Assembly: GCA_000025185.1 (NCBI GenBank)
Contig: CP001848.1
Coordinates: 6,164,200 to 6,196,199 of the forward strand
Origin: Pirellula staleyi DSM 6068
GTDB taxonomy: Bacteria; Planctomycetota; Planctomycetia; Pirellulales; Pirellulaceae
DNA: 32,000 nt
Direction: 5' to 3'
Shown: piece after piece, positions 16,294 to 25,842 of the stretch
Numbering within the stretch: the first letter of the stretch is position 1
Layout: the number at the start of each line of letters is the position of its first letter
The notes under the pieces: generated by a model
The model's input: the letters and a program-made list of their open reading frames with translations, nothing else
Database searches by the model: none
Told to the model about the DNA's origin: nothing
Program-made: the position numbers and the translations under genes

Positions 16294-17298
16294 ATGTCGG
16301 TAAAAACCAAAACGATCGTGCTCCTTTCCGATCTCGAGGATGGCCAGGAAGGGGATTTCTTCGCCGCCCTTTCGGCCCGCACGAGTTCGCAAACACGCGA
16401 GGGGAAGAAATACTGGCGCGTGACGTTTCGCGACGCGCAGCGCGAGGTTTCGTTCCCGATTTGGAACGACAGCCCTTGGTCGAAGGCTTGCGAGTCGGAG
16501 TGGCAAATCGGCGAGTGCTATAAGATGCGGGCGACCTATCGCCGCACGCAGTTTGGGCCGCAGCTCGAGATTCGCAAGATCCGCGCGACGGTGGAAGCCG
16601 ACACCGCCGATGGTTTCGATCCCCTGCTCTGCTTGGCGAAATCGCGATTCAATCCCGCGCAGCTGATGGCGCAGCTCCGCAGCATCGCGACCGAGGAGCT
16701 GATGCACCCCGAGCTTAAAGAGGTGGTGCTGCATCTGCTCGAGACCCACGAACCAGCGCTCCTGAAACTTCCTGCAGCGCGGCGGAACCATCATGCGTTT
16801 GTGGGAGGGTGGCTCGAGCATGTGGTGAGTGCCACGCGCAACGCCATCTTCATGGCCGACAAATACCTCGCCGACTATCCCGAGCTCCGGCCCCCCTTGT
16901 CGCGCGATTTGGTGATTGCGGGAACAATCCTCCACGATATCGGCAAGGTGCACGAGCTTCAGCTATCGCTCGATGGTGCCGACTACACCGCTGCCGGGGA
17001 ACTGATCGGTCACATATTGCTCGGCCGAGACATGCTGCGCGACGCAGCGCGCGAGTTCGATCTCGAAGGGGAAATGCTGCTCCGTCTCGAGCACATCATT
17101 GTCTCGCATCAACGCCTCGCCGAGTGGGGTTCACCCAAGCCGCCGATGACCCCCGAGGCGATGTTGGTCCACTACTGCGACGATATCGACGCCAAGTTCC
17201 ACACCTTTTTGACCGCCCTCGAAGAGTCGGCGGAAGGAGAATTCACGAGCACCAGAAACCCGATGCAGTACCGAATATTCCGTGGAAGCGGGTTGTAG
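16294..17298 (+). CDS. YhaM-like OB-fold + HD-domain phosphohydrolase (putative 3'-5' exoribonuclease)
   Basis: An N-terminal OB-like region is followed by the HD domain: NHHAFVGGWLEH, ILHDIGKV and VSHQRLAEWGSPKPPMTPEAMLVHYCDDIDAK. The last block closely resembles the YhaM C-terminal signature. Confidence 0.85.
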   Translation: MSVKTKTIVLLSDLEDGQEGDFFAALSARTSSQTREGKKYWRVTFRDAQREVSFPIWNDSPWSKACESEWQIGECYKMRATYRRTQFGPQLEIRKIRATVEADTADGFDPLLCLAKSRFNPAQLMAQLRSIATEELMHPELKEVVLHLLETHEPALLKLPAARRNHHAFVGGWLEHVVSATRNAIFMADKYLADYPELRPPLSRDLVIAGTILHDIGKVHELQLSLDGADYTAAGELIGHILLGRDMLRDAAREFDLEGEMLLRLEHIIVSHQRLAEWGSPKPPMTPEAMLVHYCDDIDAKFHTFLTALEESAEGEFTSTRNPMQYRIFRGSGL

Positions 17299-17505
17299 CG
17301 GAAACTAGTGCGCAAACTCATGAAGGTCGGAGTCGACGCGTTCATTCCGCCCGGCAAATGTCCCTGAGCAACGTAGCTTTTTCATACCCACCTTGGCAGC
17401 ACTGCGCGCCGAGACGTGGTCCTCGAATAAAGCCCCCCCTCGGGGAACTTCCTATTAGGAAGCCACCTGAGGCCGAAAGGTACGGATCGCTCGCCGGCGA
17501 ATGTC

Positions 17506-18819
17506 ATGTTTTTGTTCCTAATGTTTATCGCGATGCTCAACGTCACGCTTGGCTATTGCCTGGCGGTGACAACGTCGCCCCATTGGGAGTGGCCTAGCCT
17601 GCCGCGATTTCGTTTCTCCTGGCCACGCCGACCACAGCATGCCAGTGAGCCGGTGGCGGCCGAAGCACCCGCACAACCTGCCGCTACCTGGGTCGACGAT
17701 CAGGTGACGCCGCTGACCGAAGTTCCCCAAGTTGAAGAACTTCCGACCGAGTGGCTCGACCAGTTGCAGGGCGAAGGGATTGTGGCGCAGTCGTTTGTCG
17801 AGGCGTCGGTGCAGGTGCTACGGCTCGAAGTGGGCCGCTATCGCGAGCAGCTGATTGCCGCCGAAGGACGTACCAAAAACTACCTGACTAGCAGCGATGG
17901 CGCTGCGCTCGTTCAGCTGCGCGACGAACTGCTGCAGATCAACACCGAGTGGCTGGGAAAACAGACTTCAGCCGCCGATATGCTTGCCGATCGTCGCGGA
18001 AAATTGGGTGATTTCGAAACGCAAGGTGTGGGACTCGAGCAAGTGCTGCTCGATCAAACAGCCCAAATCGAAAGCACCGGCAGCAATCTCTCGCAGCTCG
18101 ATTTTCATACCGACGCGGTCCTCGCAGGTCGGCGCATGCTGCTCGAGATCGCGCGCCTCGTCGATCTCGCACATACGCTGCGGGACCGCATGCATGACAC
18201 GCTCGCCACGATCATGCGTTCGCAAGAGCGGCTCGACTCGGTCGACAAACGGATGCAACTCGACAGCGGCACCGGACTGCTTAACCGCGTCGGGCTCGAA
18301 GTGCTGCTACACGAATGGTGGCGCGACGATCCTAGTCGACAACGACTTGTGAGTGTGGTGCTGGTCGACATCGACCGCTTTGCTCGGCTGAACGAGCGTG
18401 TCGGAACGCGCGGCGGCGATCGCTTGCTGGTCGCTTTTGCGCAGTTGATGGAGCATCTTGTGCGGCGCGATCGGGGTTTCGATCGTGTGGTGCGACATGC
18501 CGGTCAACAACTGCTGCTGTTCCTCGGCGATACCGGCCCGCGCAATGCCACCAGCGCTGTCGAGCGGATGCGGCAAACGATCGAGGCGACGACGTTCGAC
18601 TACCAAGGGACCGAGTTCGAATTGACGATCAGCAGCGGCACGACCGAGATCAGCAAAGATGACGATCTCCCCTCGCTGGTTGGACGTCTTGAACTAGCAC
18701 TTCGGACTGCCAAGAAGGGTGGCCGCAACCGGACCGCCATCGATGAAGGGAAGGGAGCGACTCTGGTCGATCCGCCGCAGTATCAAGTGAAGGGTCGCGT
18801 GGTGAAGGTCGACGATTAG
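17506..18819 (+). CDS. Membrane-anchored GGDEF-domain protein with degenerate active site (AGQQL) and intact RxxD I-site
   Basis: An N-terminal hydrophobic helix and a long helical region precede the GGDEF fold (DSGTGLLNR, VLVDIDRFARLNERVG, KKGGRNR). The GG(D/E)EF position reads AGQQL (18499-18513). RGFD lies five residues upstream (18472-18483). Confidence 0.88.
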   Translation: MFLFLMFIAMLNVTLGYCLAVTTSPHWEWPSLPRFRFSWPRRPQHASEPVAAEAPAQPAATWVDDQVTPLTEVPQVEELPTEWLDQLQGEGIVAQSFVEASVQVLRLEVGRYREQLIAAEGRTKNYLTSSDGAALVQLRDELLQINTEWLGKQTSAADMLADRRGKLGDFETQGVGLEQVLLDQTAQIESTGSNLSQLDFHTDAVLAGRRMLLEIARLVDLAHTLRDRMHDTLATIMRSQERLDSVDKRMQLDSGTGLLNRVGLEVLLHEWWRDDPSRQRLVSVVLVDIDRFARLNERVGTRGGDRLLVAFAQLMEHLVRRDRGFDRVVRHAGQQLLLFLGDTGPRNATSAVERMRQTIEATTFDYQGTEFELTISSGTTEISKDDDLPSLVGRLELALRTAKKGGRNRTAIDEGKGATLVDPPQYQVKGRVVKVDD

Positions 18820-18831
18820 CGCACGTCGCGA

Positions 18832-19710
18832 TCAGGCTTTTCGCGTCGCGCGAATCACGCGCGCATGGCCTGCAAGATCCTTCAGCGACTCCACCCCTTC
18901 AAAACGGCTATCAGCCTTCAATAGCGCCACCACTTTCTCGGCGAGCATCGGGCTGAGCTCGAGCAGCAGCAGAGCGCCGGGCTGCATGCGCTCGGCTGCT
19001 TGCGGCAAGAGTTTTTCGATGAGTTCGCTCCCACTAGTTCCGCCAACGAGCGCCAGTTTCGGCTCAAAGGCTTTCACCGAGTGAGGCAACTCTTCATACT
19101 CGGCGTCGGATACGTAGGGCAAATTGGCGGCGATCACATCGAACTTCGTAGCAGCTGGAATCTCGCCGAGTAAGTTACTTTCGATCAGCGTGACGCGGGC
19201 TTCGAGTTTGTTGTCGACGGCGTTTTGCTTGGCGACAGCCAGCGCGGCGGGACTGACATCGACAGCGGTCACCTGCGCGGTTTTCATGTTCTTGGCAATC
19301 GCAAGAGCGATCGCGCCACTACCTGTGCCGACGTCGATCACTGCGGGTGCTGCAATCGCTTTGGCCTTGATGAAATCGATGGCAGTCATCACCACGAGTT
19401 CGGTTTCGGGACGTGGGATCAGCACGTCGCTCGTCACGCGAAGCGGTAGCGAATAGAACTCGCGTTTTCCTACGAGATAGGCGACCGGCACACCTTCGCC
19501 ACGCTTTTTCACCAGTTCGCGAAACTTAGCGCGCACGTCGTCGGCCACCACTTGATCGAACATGGTGTAGAGCATGATGCGCTCGCAACCTTGCGCGCTG
19601 GCCAGCAGCACTTCGGCATCGAGTCGCGCAGATTCGGAACCACCTTTCTTCAGGTAGTCGGTGGTCCAGATCAGAAGCTTCTGCACGGTCCATGTTTCGG
19701 CGGTCGACAT
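18832..19710 (-). CDS. prmC: Peptide chain release factor N5-glutamine methyltransferase (PrmC/HemK)
   Basis: SAM motif VIDVGTGSGAIAL and motif IV as NLPYV (NPPY variant). The gene lies directly downstream of prfA. I chose ATG 19710, preceded by AAGGA; the ORF's first codon at 19716 is TTG. Confidence 0.9.
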   Translation of the reverse strand: MSTAETWTVQKLLIWTTDYLKKGGSESARLDAEVLLASAQGCERIMLYTMFDQVVADDVRAKFRELVKKRGEGVPVAYLVGKREFYSLPLRVTSDVLIPRPETELVVMTAIDFIKAKAIAAPAVIDVGTGSGAIALAIAKNMKTAQVTAVDVSPAALAVAKQNAVDNKLEARVTLIESNLLGEIPAATKFDVIAANLPYVSDAEYEELPHSVKAFEPKLALVGGTSGSELIEKLLPQAAERMQPGALLLLELSPMLAEKVVALLKADSRFEGVESLKDLAGHARVIRATRKA

Positions 19711-19876
19711 CGGCAAATCCTTTCAGCCCGAGATGCAAGTCATCGACTCGGCATCTTGACGTCAGAGTTCAATCGCAGCGGCGAAGCGCGCGGCTCACTT
19801 TTTTCGAAGCAGTTTTTTCGTCAGGTCTGGCTAGGTTTTCTAGCGCCATGCACGGAGCACATCCGCGCGCCAGGCC

Positions 19877-20953
19877 TTAGATTTCTAGCACACCCATTTG
19901 ATCGCGCAGCTCGTTGCGATCGTGCTCGATCAGTCCATCGAGAACCGGCTGGAGATCGCCGTTGATGATCTGATCGAGTTTGTAGAGCGTTAGTCCGATG
20001 CGGTGATCGGTGCAACGATTCTCGGGGAAATTGTAGGTTCGAATACGTTCGCTACGATCGCCCGATCCGACGAGGCTCTTGCGCTCGGCAGCCCGTTTGG
20101 CTTGTTCGCGTTGGCGATAAAAGTCGTAGAGGCGGCTCTTCAAAATGCGTAGCGCTTTGGCCAAGTTTTTGTGCTGGCTCTTTTCGTCCTGCATCGAAAC
20201 GACAATGCCAGTTTCGTAGTGCGTGAGCCGAACAGCCGACTCGGTTTTATTCACGTGCTGACCACCCGGACCACTGGCGCAGAACTTATCGAGTCGATAC
20301 TCATCGGGCTTGATGTTGACTTCGACATCTTCCGGTTCGGGAAGGACGGCGACCGTGGCGGCTGATGTGTGGACGCGTCCCTTGGCTTCGGTTTCGGGAA
20401 CGCGCTGCACACGATGGCCACCCGATTCGTACTGCAGTTCGCGAAAAACGCCTTCCCCTTCGAAGCCGAGAATCACTTCTTTGAAGCCGCCCATGTCGGT
20501 GGGAGAGGCTTCCATCAGTTCGACTTTCCAACCCTTCTTTTCGCCAAATCGCTTGTACATCTGATACAAGTCTTGCGCGAAGAGAGCCCCTTCCGCACCA
20601 CCAACACCCGCGCGAATTTCCATCACGCAGCGCGAGCGCTGGGCGTCTTCACCACCGACCGTCATGTCGAGCACTTCACTCCAAATCCGTTCGCGTTCGG
20701 CGCGCACGTTGGGGATCTCGGCTTCCGCCATTTCGCGTTCGTCGGGGTCGGATACCTTGCTCATCTCCACCAGGGCGGCGACTTCATCGTTCAGCTGTTT
20801 GAAGCGACGATATTTCACCGCGAGCTTCGCCAGCGAACCATGTTCGCGAGCGACATTGCCCATCTTCGACGAGTCGGACATCAGCGAGGGATCGGTCATC
20901 ATTCGCTCGAGCTCTTCAAATCGAGCGAGCTTTTGTTCAAGCATGTCACGCAT
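19877..20953 (-). CDS. prfA: Peptide chain release factor 1
   Basis: The GGQ motif ([19 protein letters not shown]) and a PxT-type tripeptide (RVQRVPETE) rather than SPF. GGAG lies upstream of ATG 20953. Confidence 0.96.
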   Translation of the reverse strand: MRDMLEQKLARFEELERMMTDPSLMSDSSKMGNVAREHGSLAKLAVKYRRFKQLNDEVAALVEMSKVSDPDEREMAEAEIPNVRAERERIWSEVLDMTVGGEDAQRSRCVMEIRAGVGGAEGALFAQDLYQMYKRFGEKKGWKVELMEASPTDMGGFKEVILGFEGEGVFRELQYESGGHRVQRVPETEAKGRVHTSAATVAVLPEPEDVEVNIKPDEYRLDKFCASGPGGQHVNKTESAVRLTHYETGIVVSMQDEKSQHKNLAKALRILKSRLYDFYRQREQAKRAAERKSLVGSGDRSERIRTYNFPENRCTDHRIGLTLYKLDQIINGDLQPVLDGLIEHDRNELRDQMGVLEI

Positions 20954-21434
20954 GATTGTTTCTCCAAAGCGCGAAACACAGGTGTGGTTCGCAGCCAGCG
21001 GTTCCGTGTTTGTTTTTTATGGGGCCGGGTGAGCCAGGAGATCCGAAATCTTGGTTTCGTGAGTCCTCGGCAATTCCCTGGCAGCTAATTGTGGGGAGGA
21101 TGGTTTCGACGCAACTTCGCGCAGCAGATTGGCGCAGCTACCGGTACGGTGGATCGACCAGGTGCGACTGAAAGTCTCGGCGAAGAGGTCGCGCGAGTAC
21201 AAGACGAATTGCTACGCGCGGAAATCCGGGGAAAGAGCGACCGGTACCAGCTGCTGCCGAGCATGCTCGCAGCGGCGGAGACGGGCGCTGCTGTGGAAAG
21301 CGCGCCGGGCGTGGCAACAAAAGAAAGCGGCATTGCCGACTCAACATCCCGGCGCGAGAGAAAACGTCGCCGGGGTGGGCAAAACCGAGGAACGAGAGCG
21401 GCTTCACGCCGAAGCGCGAGCAGCCCGTCGCGCC

Positions 21435-21698
21435 CTATTCGTCGCTCGAAGCGGCTGCCTTCTTCTTCTTGGGAGCAGGCTTGGCCAAGCTGGCGTAGCT
21501 GCCAGCAGCGAACTTGTTTTGGAACTTTTCGATACGTCCGGCGGTGTCGACGTACTTCAGCTTACCCGTAAAGAACGGGTGGCATGCCGAGCAGATGTCG
21601 ACGCGCAGTTCTTTGCGGGTGCTTCGAGTGGTGAACGAGTTGCCGCAGCTGCACGAAACAGCAGTTTCAATGTACTGTGGATGAATCTTCTCTTTCAT
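21435..21698 (-). CDS. rpmE: 50S ribosomal protein L31 (Cys-containing form) with Lys/Ala-rich C-terminal tail
   Basis: MKEKIHPQY...CSCG...[10 protein letters not shown]...[10 protein letters not shown] is the L31 signature. The start is at ATG 21698. Confidence 0.93.
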   Translation of the reverse strand: MKEKIHPQYIETAVSCSCGNSFTTRSTRKELRVDICSACHPFFTGKLKYVDTAGRIEKFQNKFAAGSYASLAKPAPKKKKAAASSDE

Positions 21699-21753
21699 GG
21701 CAGCAAACCCTTCTCGCACAAGACTTTATATCAAACCTATCGGATCCATCATT

Positions 21754-21817
21754 CGCTCGAAACAGTTCCTGATCAGGAAGCGAGCGGTAAATGGTCCCCT
21801 GTTTTGCGAAATCGCAA
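21754..21817. promoter_or_regulatory. Two palindromes in the rpmE upstream region
   Basis: TTCCTGATCAGGAA is a perfect 14-bp palindrome (21766-21779), nested between CGCTCG (21754-21759) and CGAGCG (21781-21786). TTGCGA-AA-TCGCAA lies at 21804-21817. These sit 56-119 nt upstream of the rpmE start on the minus strand. The role is inferred. Confidence 0.3.
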
Positions 21818-21952
21818 GCCCCACAATCTATCGTTTGCCGAGGGGCTCTGACAAGACCTGGACCGGGAGAATTCCGCAGCCAGCCATCCCGCCAGCCAAC
21901 TATCTCATTACGAGAGAATCACTTACACGGTTCACTCGAGGCTGATGCGAGA

Positions 21953-22942
21953 CTATTTCAGTCCCGACCGACGCTTCAGCCAGTCGGCCAGTAGCGTATC
22001 GACAAACAGCTGACCAATGTGGTAGGTGATCATCGGCAGCACGCTGTAGCCCGAGTCCATGGCGACCTTGAGTCCCACCATCAGCGTTTTCTGACTCCCC
22101 GAGAAAGCGACGGCCGTCGAATCTTCTCGCGAAAAGCCGCAAAGCTTGGATGTATAAAGACCTACGAAAAACATCGTGGTATGCAGCAGCACCACGCCGG
22201 TGGCCATCGCGAGCATCGACAACCAGCCCGAAGTGGTCTGTAAACCTTGCCGGAGCCCTTGTGAACTTTCGATCGCGCCGAAGAAGACCATCGATAGCAG
22301 CCCGCACTGCACCAACACTCCCAGCGGAGTGCGATATTTGGTGGCTAGGTGGGCAACCGGGCCGATACGGCGAGCGATTTGGGCCAAAATCATCGGGAGG
22401 ACGACGAGTCCGGCCAACTGCGTGACCATGCGGACGAAATCGAGCCCTTGCGGCGTCAGACGCATGATGGCGAGCCAAGCGGGGGCGACCAAAAAGCAGC
22501 TGAGGTTGGTGACAATCGTTACAAGGACGGCGATCGAGTCGTTGCCCCCCGCTTTGCGCGTCCAAACGGCAGCCGAGGCTTGTGTGCACGGGACAATCGA
22601 GGCAACCATCAGTCCGTGGCCATAGCTGGGGCCGATCAAGCTGCCGATTCCCCAGGCCACAGCCGGGAGCAGACCGTAGCTGATTGCCACCGCCAAAGCG
22701 GCTGGTGCTGGGCGAGAAATCGCCCCTTGCATCTGCGCGAGGGCAATCGGCAGGGTCATGAAAAACATAACCAGAAAGAGGTTAACGTCTTTAATGCCAG
22801 GGACTTTCGCCAGCGGCATGAGCGCCGGCCCAAGCAGAGTTCCGACCACCACCAGCACCGTTAGGCCGATCAAAAACCAGCGGTCTATGAGGAACTGCTT
22901 CACCGCGCGTCTGCTTTCAGTAGCACGTGGAACTCCTGGCAT
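21953..22942 (-). CDS. Bile acid:Na+ symporter (BASS/SBF-like) family transporter
   Basis: A polytopic membrane protein with family-like blocks: FLIDRWFLIGL, FFMTLPIALAQM, CTQASAAVWTRKAGGN and SGSQKTLMVGL. The start is at MPGVPR (ATG 22942). Confidence 0.8.
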   Translation of the reverse strand: MPGVPRATESRRAVKQFLIDRWFLIGLTVLVVVGTLLGPALMPLAKVPGIKDVNLFLVMFFMTLPIALAQMQGAISRPAPAALAVAISYGLLPAVAWGIGSLIGPSYGHGLMVASIVPCTQASAAVWTRKAGGNDSIAVLVTIVTNLSCFLVAPAWLAIMRLTPQGLDFVRMVTQLAGLVVLPMILAQIARRIGPVAHLATKYRTPLGVLVQCGLLSMVFFGAIESSQGLRQGLQTTSGWLSMLAMATGVVLLHTTMFFVGLYTSKLCGFSREDSTAVAFSGSQKTLMVGLKVAMDSGYSVLPMITYHIGQLFVDTLLADWLKRRSGLK

Positions 22943-23095
22943 CAGCGGCCCAAAGAAACGCCCTATCGTGGGTTGCCGCTTACAACTAAAATCTTCTCTT
23001 CCGCTCGTCAGCGACAATTGCTTCGGGTCTGTAGTTCACTTGGGCGAGCCACAAAACAGCCCAAATCACCTATTTTCACTCACTAGAATCGGTCG

Positions 23096-24235
23096 ATGCT
23101 ACGCTACTCCACCGCCGGCGAATCCCATGGTAAAGCGCTGCTGGCGCTCGTTGACGGCTTTCCTGCCGGTGTGACGATCGACAGCCAGATCATCGACGCC
23201 GAACTGCGGCGTCGCCAGGGGGGATATGGTCGCGGCGGACGTCAGCGGATCGAGACCGACACGGTCGATATCCTGTCGGGGATTTGGAAGCAGACGTCGC
23301 TCGGCAGTCCGATCGCACTGCAAGTGATCAACAAGGACTATAAGCTCGAGCGCCTCGAGGACCTCACGCGGCCGCGACCAGGTCACGGCGACTTGACCGG
23401 CGCGATCAAATACCTCGGCCCGATTCGTGGCATCCTCGAGCGGGCAAGTGCGCGGGAAACTACGGTGCGAGTAGCAGCCGGCGCGCTCGCGCGTCAGCTC
23501 CTCCGTGAGTTTGGCATCGAAGTGCTGGGCTACGTGGTGGAACTCGGCGGCATCGCCTGCGAAGTTCCCGACGCAACACTCGACGAGAAACGTCGACTGC
23601 GCGACGCGAGCGACATCTACTCGCTTGATCCAGCACGCGATCCCGAGATCAAAAAACTGATCGACGAAACGGGCAAAGCTGGCGACACGCTCGGTGGTGT
23701 GGTCGAGACGGTCGTGGAAGGTCTCCCCTTCGGTCTTGGAACCCACGCGCAGTGGGACCTCAAACTCGATGGTCGCATTGCTCAAGCGGTGATGGCAGTG
23801 CAGGCGATCAAGGGGGTCGAGATTGGCCTCGGATTTGAGGCGGCTCGACGCCGTGGATCGCAGGTGCATGACCCGATTCATTTCGACGCCACGAAACGCG
23901 AAACGCACACGCTCGGTTTCGAGCGTCCTTCGAACAATGCCGGTGGACTCGAAGCAGGTATGACCAATGGTCAGCCGCTCGTAGTTCGCGCCGCCAAGAA
24001 GCCGATCAGCACGCTTCGCAAATCGCTCGACAGCGTGAATCTCACCACGCTCGAGCCCGAGGCAGCCCAGTACGAACGAAGCGACGTTTGTGCCGTTTCA
24101 GCCGCCAGCGTGATTGTCGAAAACGTGATTGCCTTTGAAGTGGCCCGCGCGCTAGTTGAGAAATTTGGGAACGATAGTTTGGTGGAAATGAAAGCTCGCT
24201 ACGACCTGTTTCAGAAGATGGCTCGCGAGCGTTAA
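23096..24235 (+). CDS. aroC: Chorismate synthase
   Basis: The N-terminus MLRYSTAGESHGKALLALVDGFPAG, then RRRQGGYGRGGRQ and RPGHGDL, are classic AroC signatures. Confidence 0.96.
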   Translation: MLRYSTAGESHGKALLALVDGFPAGVTIDSQIIDAELRRRQGGYGRGGRQRIETDTVDILSGIWKQTSLGSPIALQVINKDYKLERLEDLTRPRPGHGDLTGAIKYLGPIRGILERASARETTVRVAAGALARQLLREFGIEVLGYVVELGGIACEVPDATLDEKRRLRDASDIYSLDPARDPEIKKLIDETGKAGDTLGGVVETVVEGLPFGLGTHAQWDLKLDGRIAQAVMAVQAIKGVEIGLGFEAARRRGSQVHDPIHFDATKRETHTLGFERPSNNAGGLEAGMTNGQPLVVRAAKKPISTLRKSLDSVNLTTLEPEAAQYERSDVCAVSAASVIVENVIAFEVARALVEKFGNDSLVEMKARYDLFQKMARER

Positions 24236-24312
24236 ACGCCTCGCAGATCGATGCCACTTCGCTGGCAGTGATTGAGTTTTAAGACAGAGTCTGAAGCACA
24301 AGGAGGTGCCAG

Positions 24313-25665
24313 ATGACGACAAGCAAACCGACCTCTGCTCAGCTGCGCTGGTGTCGCGCTGGGTTCGTGATTTGCTGCGTTTGTCCCACGATTTACGTGG
24401 CCCTCTGGATTGTCTTTCGCGCCGCCACCGGTGCCGCCGATGCGCAGCTCGCTGAATGGCAACATACCCTTTCGCTCCAGCTGGGGGTCAACGTTTCAGC
24501 TAGTTCGCTCGACTATCCCACGTTCGACACCGCCGTGCTTCGCGCCGTCGAACTGCGGGATGGAGAAACGGGCGATCTACTGGCGTCGCTGCGAGCCCTG
24601 GAAGTGACCGTGGGAAGCGATGGGACCGAAGTGGTGCTCGTCGATCCGGTCGTCACACAGGCAGGTTCGCGCTCGCTGCTCGCGATCACCCGCGATCGTG
24701 TGCTCCGGCATCAAGGGCCGATCTTGCCGGTGAAGTTCGTCGCGCATCAGCTCGTGATCGAGACTCCGGAAGGACCGTGGTCCGTGCACAATCCCGAAGC
24801 GTGGTGGCACATCACACAAAGTGGTCCCGAGCTGCAGCTGTCGTTCACCCCGCCCGAAGCGAGCACCCGCAACGATCGACCGGTCGTGCGCGTCATTGCC
24901 TCGCGCAATCGCGAAATGACTCCGCCGGTCACGCGTTGGCAGGTCGATACCGGGGCCCTATCGCTGCCGATGTCCCTGGTGGCGAGTGTGGCTCCGAGCT
25001 TTCAACGACTCGGCCCCAGCGTGGCGTTTTCTGGCAATCTTTCGCTCTTTGAAGAAGCCGAGGGACTGCGCGGAACGCTTGCTGGAAAGCTTTCGCACAT
25101 CGATCTCGATGCGCTGATCACCGAGCAATTTCCCCATACGATTTCGGGCGATGCCACCGCGGTGCTCGAGCGCGTGGTGCTCGAGCGCGGACGTATCGCC
25201 AGCGCACGCGGAACACTGCAAGCGCAGCATGGTCAGGTGAGCCACTCGATGCTGGTGGCTCTGGAGGAACATCTCGGGGCGACAGCCGCCATCGATTCCC
25301 GGGGGATGAATCCGTCGCAAACCACTCCCTATCGGCAGCTGGCGATTGGATTTCATCTCGACCAGCAGCAGTTGCAGCTCACAGGGAGCTGCGATCCGAC
25401 GCGCGATGGGGTGATGCTCGCCGCGGCCAGTGGTCCGCTGGTAGAAGTTCCTCAGCAGCACCGAAGCCAGCCGATTGCGCTCTTACGCGTGTTGCTTCCG
25501 CAGGCCGATTGGCAAGTTCCGGCGACACAAGAGACTGGTGGTCTGGTCGCGCTGCTCCCTGCTCCTCCTTTGTCGCAAGCAACGGCCACGGCTCGCGCTC
25601 AGCAGCATGTTCCCACGCGACTCGGACCCTCTGGCAATCGCCCCGCCATCAGCGAACCACGCTAG
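24313..25665 (+). CDS. Hypothetical membrane-anchored protein (450 aa)
   Basis: A strong SD (AGGAGG) lies 6 nt before ATG 24313. There is one N-terminal hydrophobic helix (AGFVICCVCPTIYVALWIVF). The rest is a soluble-looking domain with no motif I can name. Confidence 0.7.
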   Translation: MTTSKPTSAQLRWCRAGFVICCVCPTIYVALWIVFRAATGAADAQLAEWQHTLSLQLGVNVSASSLDYPTFDTAVLRAVELRDGETGDLLASLRALEVTVGSDGTEVVLVDPVVTQAGSRSLLAITRDRVLRHQGPILPVKFVAHQLVIETPEGPWSVHNPEAWWHITQSGPELQLSFTPPEASTRNDRPVVRVIASRNREMTPPVTRWQVDTGALSLPMSLVASVAPSFQRLGPSVAFSGNLSLFEEAEGLRGTLAGKLSHIDLDALITEQFPHTISGDATAVLERVVLERGRIASARGTLQAQHGQVSHSMLVALEEHLGATAAIDSRGMNPSQTTPYRQLAIGFHLDQQQLQLTGSCDPTRDGVMLAAASGPLVEVPQQHRSQPIALLRVLLPQADWQVPATQETGGLVALLPAPPLSQATATARAQQHVPTRLGPSGNRPAISEPR

Positions 25666-25842
25666 TCGCGCGTCAGCGTGGTCTTTCGCTGGCTTCACGG
25701 CTGGTTGCTATCGGTCATCTCCGAAACTCGGCATGCTGGCCGCTCGCTCGTGCTCCTCCCTCGCTTGACACTCCTTGGCTCGGGTAAGATGCAGCAAGCA
25801 GATCCTGGCGATCTGATCTCACTTGTCTAGGCACGGAGGAAC

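Noticed and set aside
15622-16953. 443-aa minus-strand ORF spanning the GT9 gene, the divergent promoter region and the antisense of the OB/HD gene.
   Set aside because: It is out of frame with GT9 and antisense to a motif-rich gene. The composition is junk-like (Arg/Pro/Ala-rich). An open frame across 200 nt of intergenic GC-rich DNA is not evidence of coding.
16294-18819. The idea that the HD-domain protein is an HD-GYP c-di-GMP phosphodiesterase forming a signalling pair with the degenerate GGDEF gene.
   Set aside because: The HD protein lacks the HHExxDGxGYP signature. It matches the YhaM-type OB+HD exoribonuclease pattern instead (GSPKPPMTPEA...DDIDAK). Adjacency alone does not support a c-di-GMP module.
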